The translations under genes were made by a program, and so were the position numbers. From contig CM119265.1 of assembly GCA_051294375.1 (NCBI GenBank), positions 23,776,669-23,840,668 on the forward strand: a stretch of DNA of 64,000 nucleotides, given 5' to 3'. Shown here in pieces: positions 63,866 through 64,000 of the stretch (its first letter is position 1; every line of letters starts with the position of its first letter). The notes beneath the pieces are model-generated. The model searched no databases, was not told the DNA's origin, and saw only the letters and a program-made list of their open reading frames with translations. This stretch comes from Paraspadella gotoi. Lineage: Eukaryota > Animalia > Chaetognatha.

Positions 63866-64000
63866 TCACATGCAGGCGGAATCAGTCCGCTTCCGCGCCG
63901 CCGCGGCGGGAGCCAGCAGCGTCGCGTCCTCCACGACGGAGAGGTCGAGTTTCTTGGGTTGCTCCCAGCTGAAAGCTTCGCGACCGAAGTGACCGTAGCA
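63866..64000 (-). CDS. MAT: S-adenosylmethionine synthetase, 3' end (5'-partial)
   Basis: Minus strand reads CYGHFGREAFSWEQPKKLDLSVVEDATLLAPAAAARKRTDSACM*; YGHFGR..FxWExPKKL is the MAT C-terminal signature. Confidence 0.88.
   Translation of the reverse strand, partial: CYGHFGREAFSWEQPKKLDLSVVEDATLLAPAAAARKRTDSACM

Overview
AT-rich animal (invertebrate) nuclear DNA with short GT-AG introns; exon boundaries were assembled by eye and may be off by a few nt. Genes in order: an intronless, 5'-truncated ZNFX1-like SF1 helicase ending in an IAP-type RING (+); a 4-exon coiled-coil protein (+); two tandem group-7-allergen/TULIP-like genes (-); HHIP-like (+); C1GALT1 (-); a divergent SNAP-25-like SNARE (+); a secreted coiled-coil/Sushi/Kunitz protein (+); a PAS-less ERG-type K+ channel (+); ULK3 (+), with a probable nested antisense gene in one intron; and the 3' end of SAM synthetase (-). 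Non-coding DNA is rich in non-autonomous elements: Harbinger-type MITEs, Helentron/DINE-1-like HINEs, tRNA-headed SINEs, a nested 3.2-kb foldback element, and Penelope-type repeats carrying minimal hammerhead ribozymes (one single copy, one inverted pair). Best leads are the helicase-RING fusion, the hammerhead repeats, the nested gene, the divergent SNARE and the secreted/anchored TULIP pair. No database searches were run.
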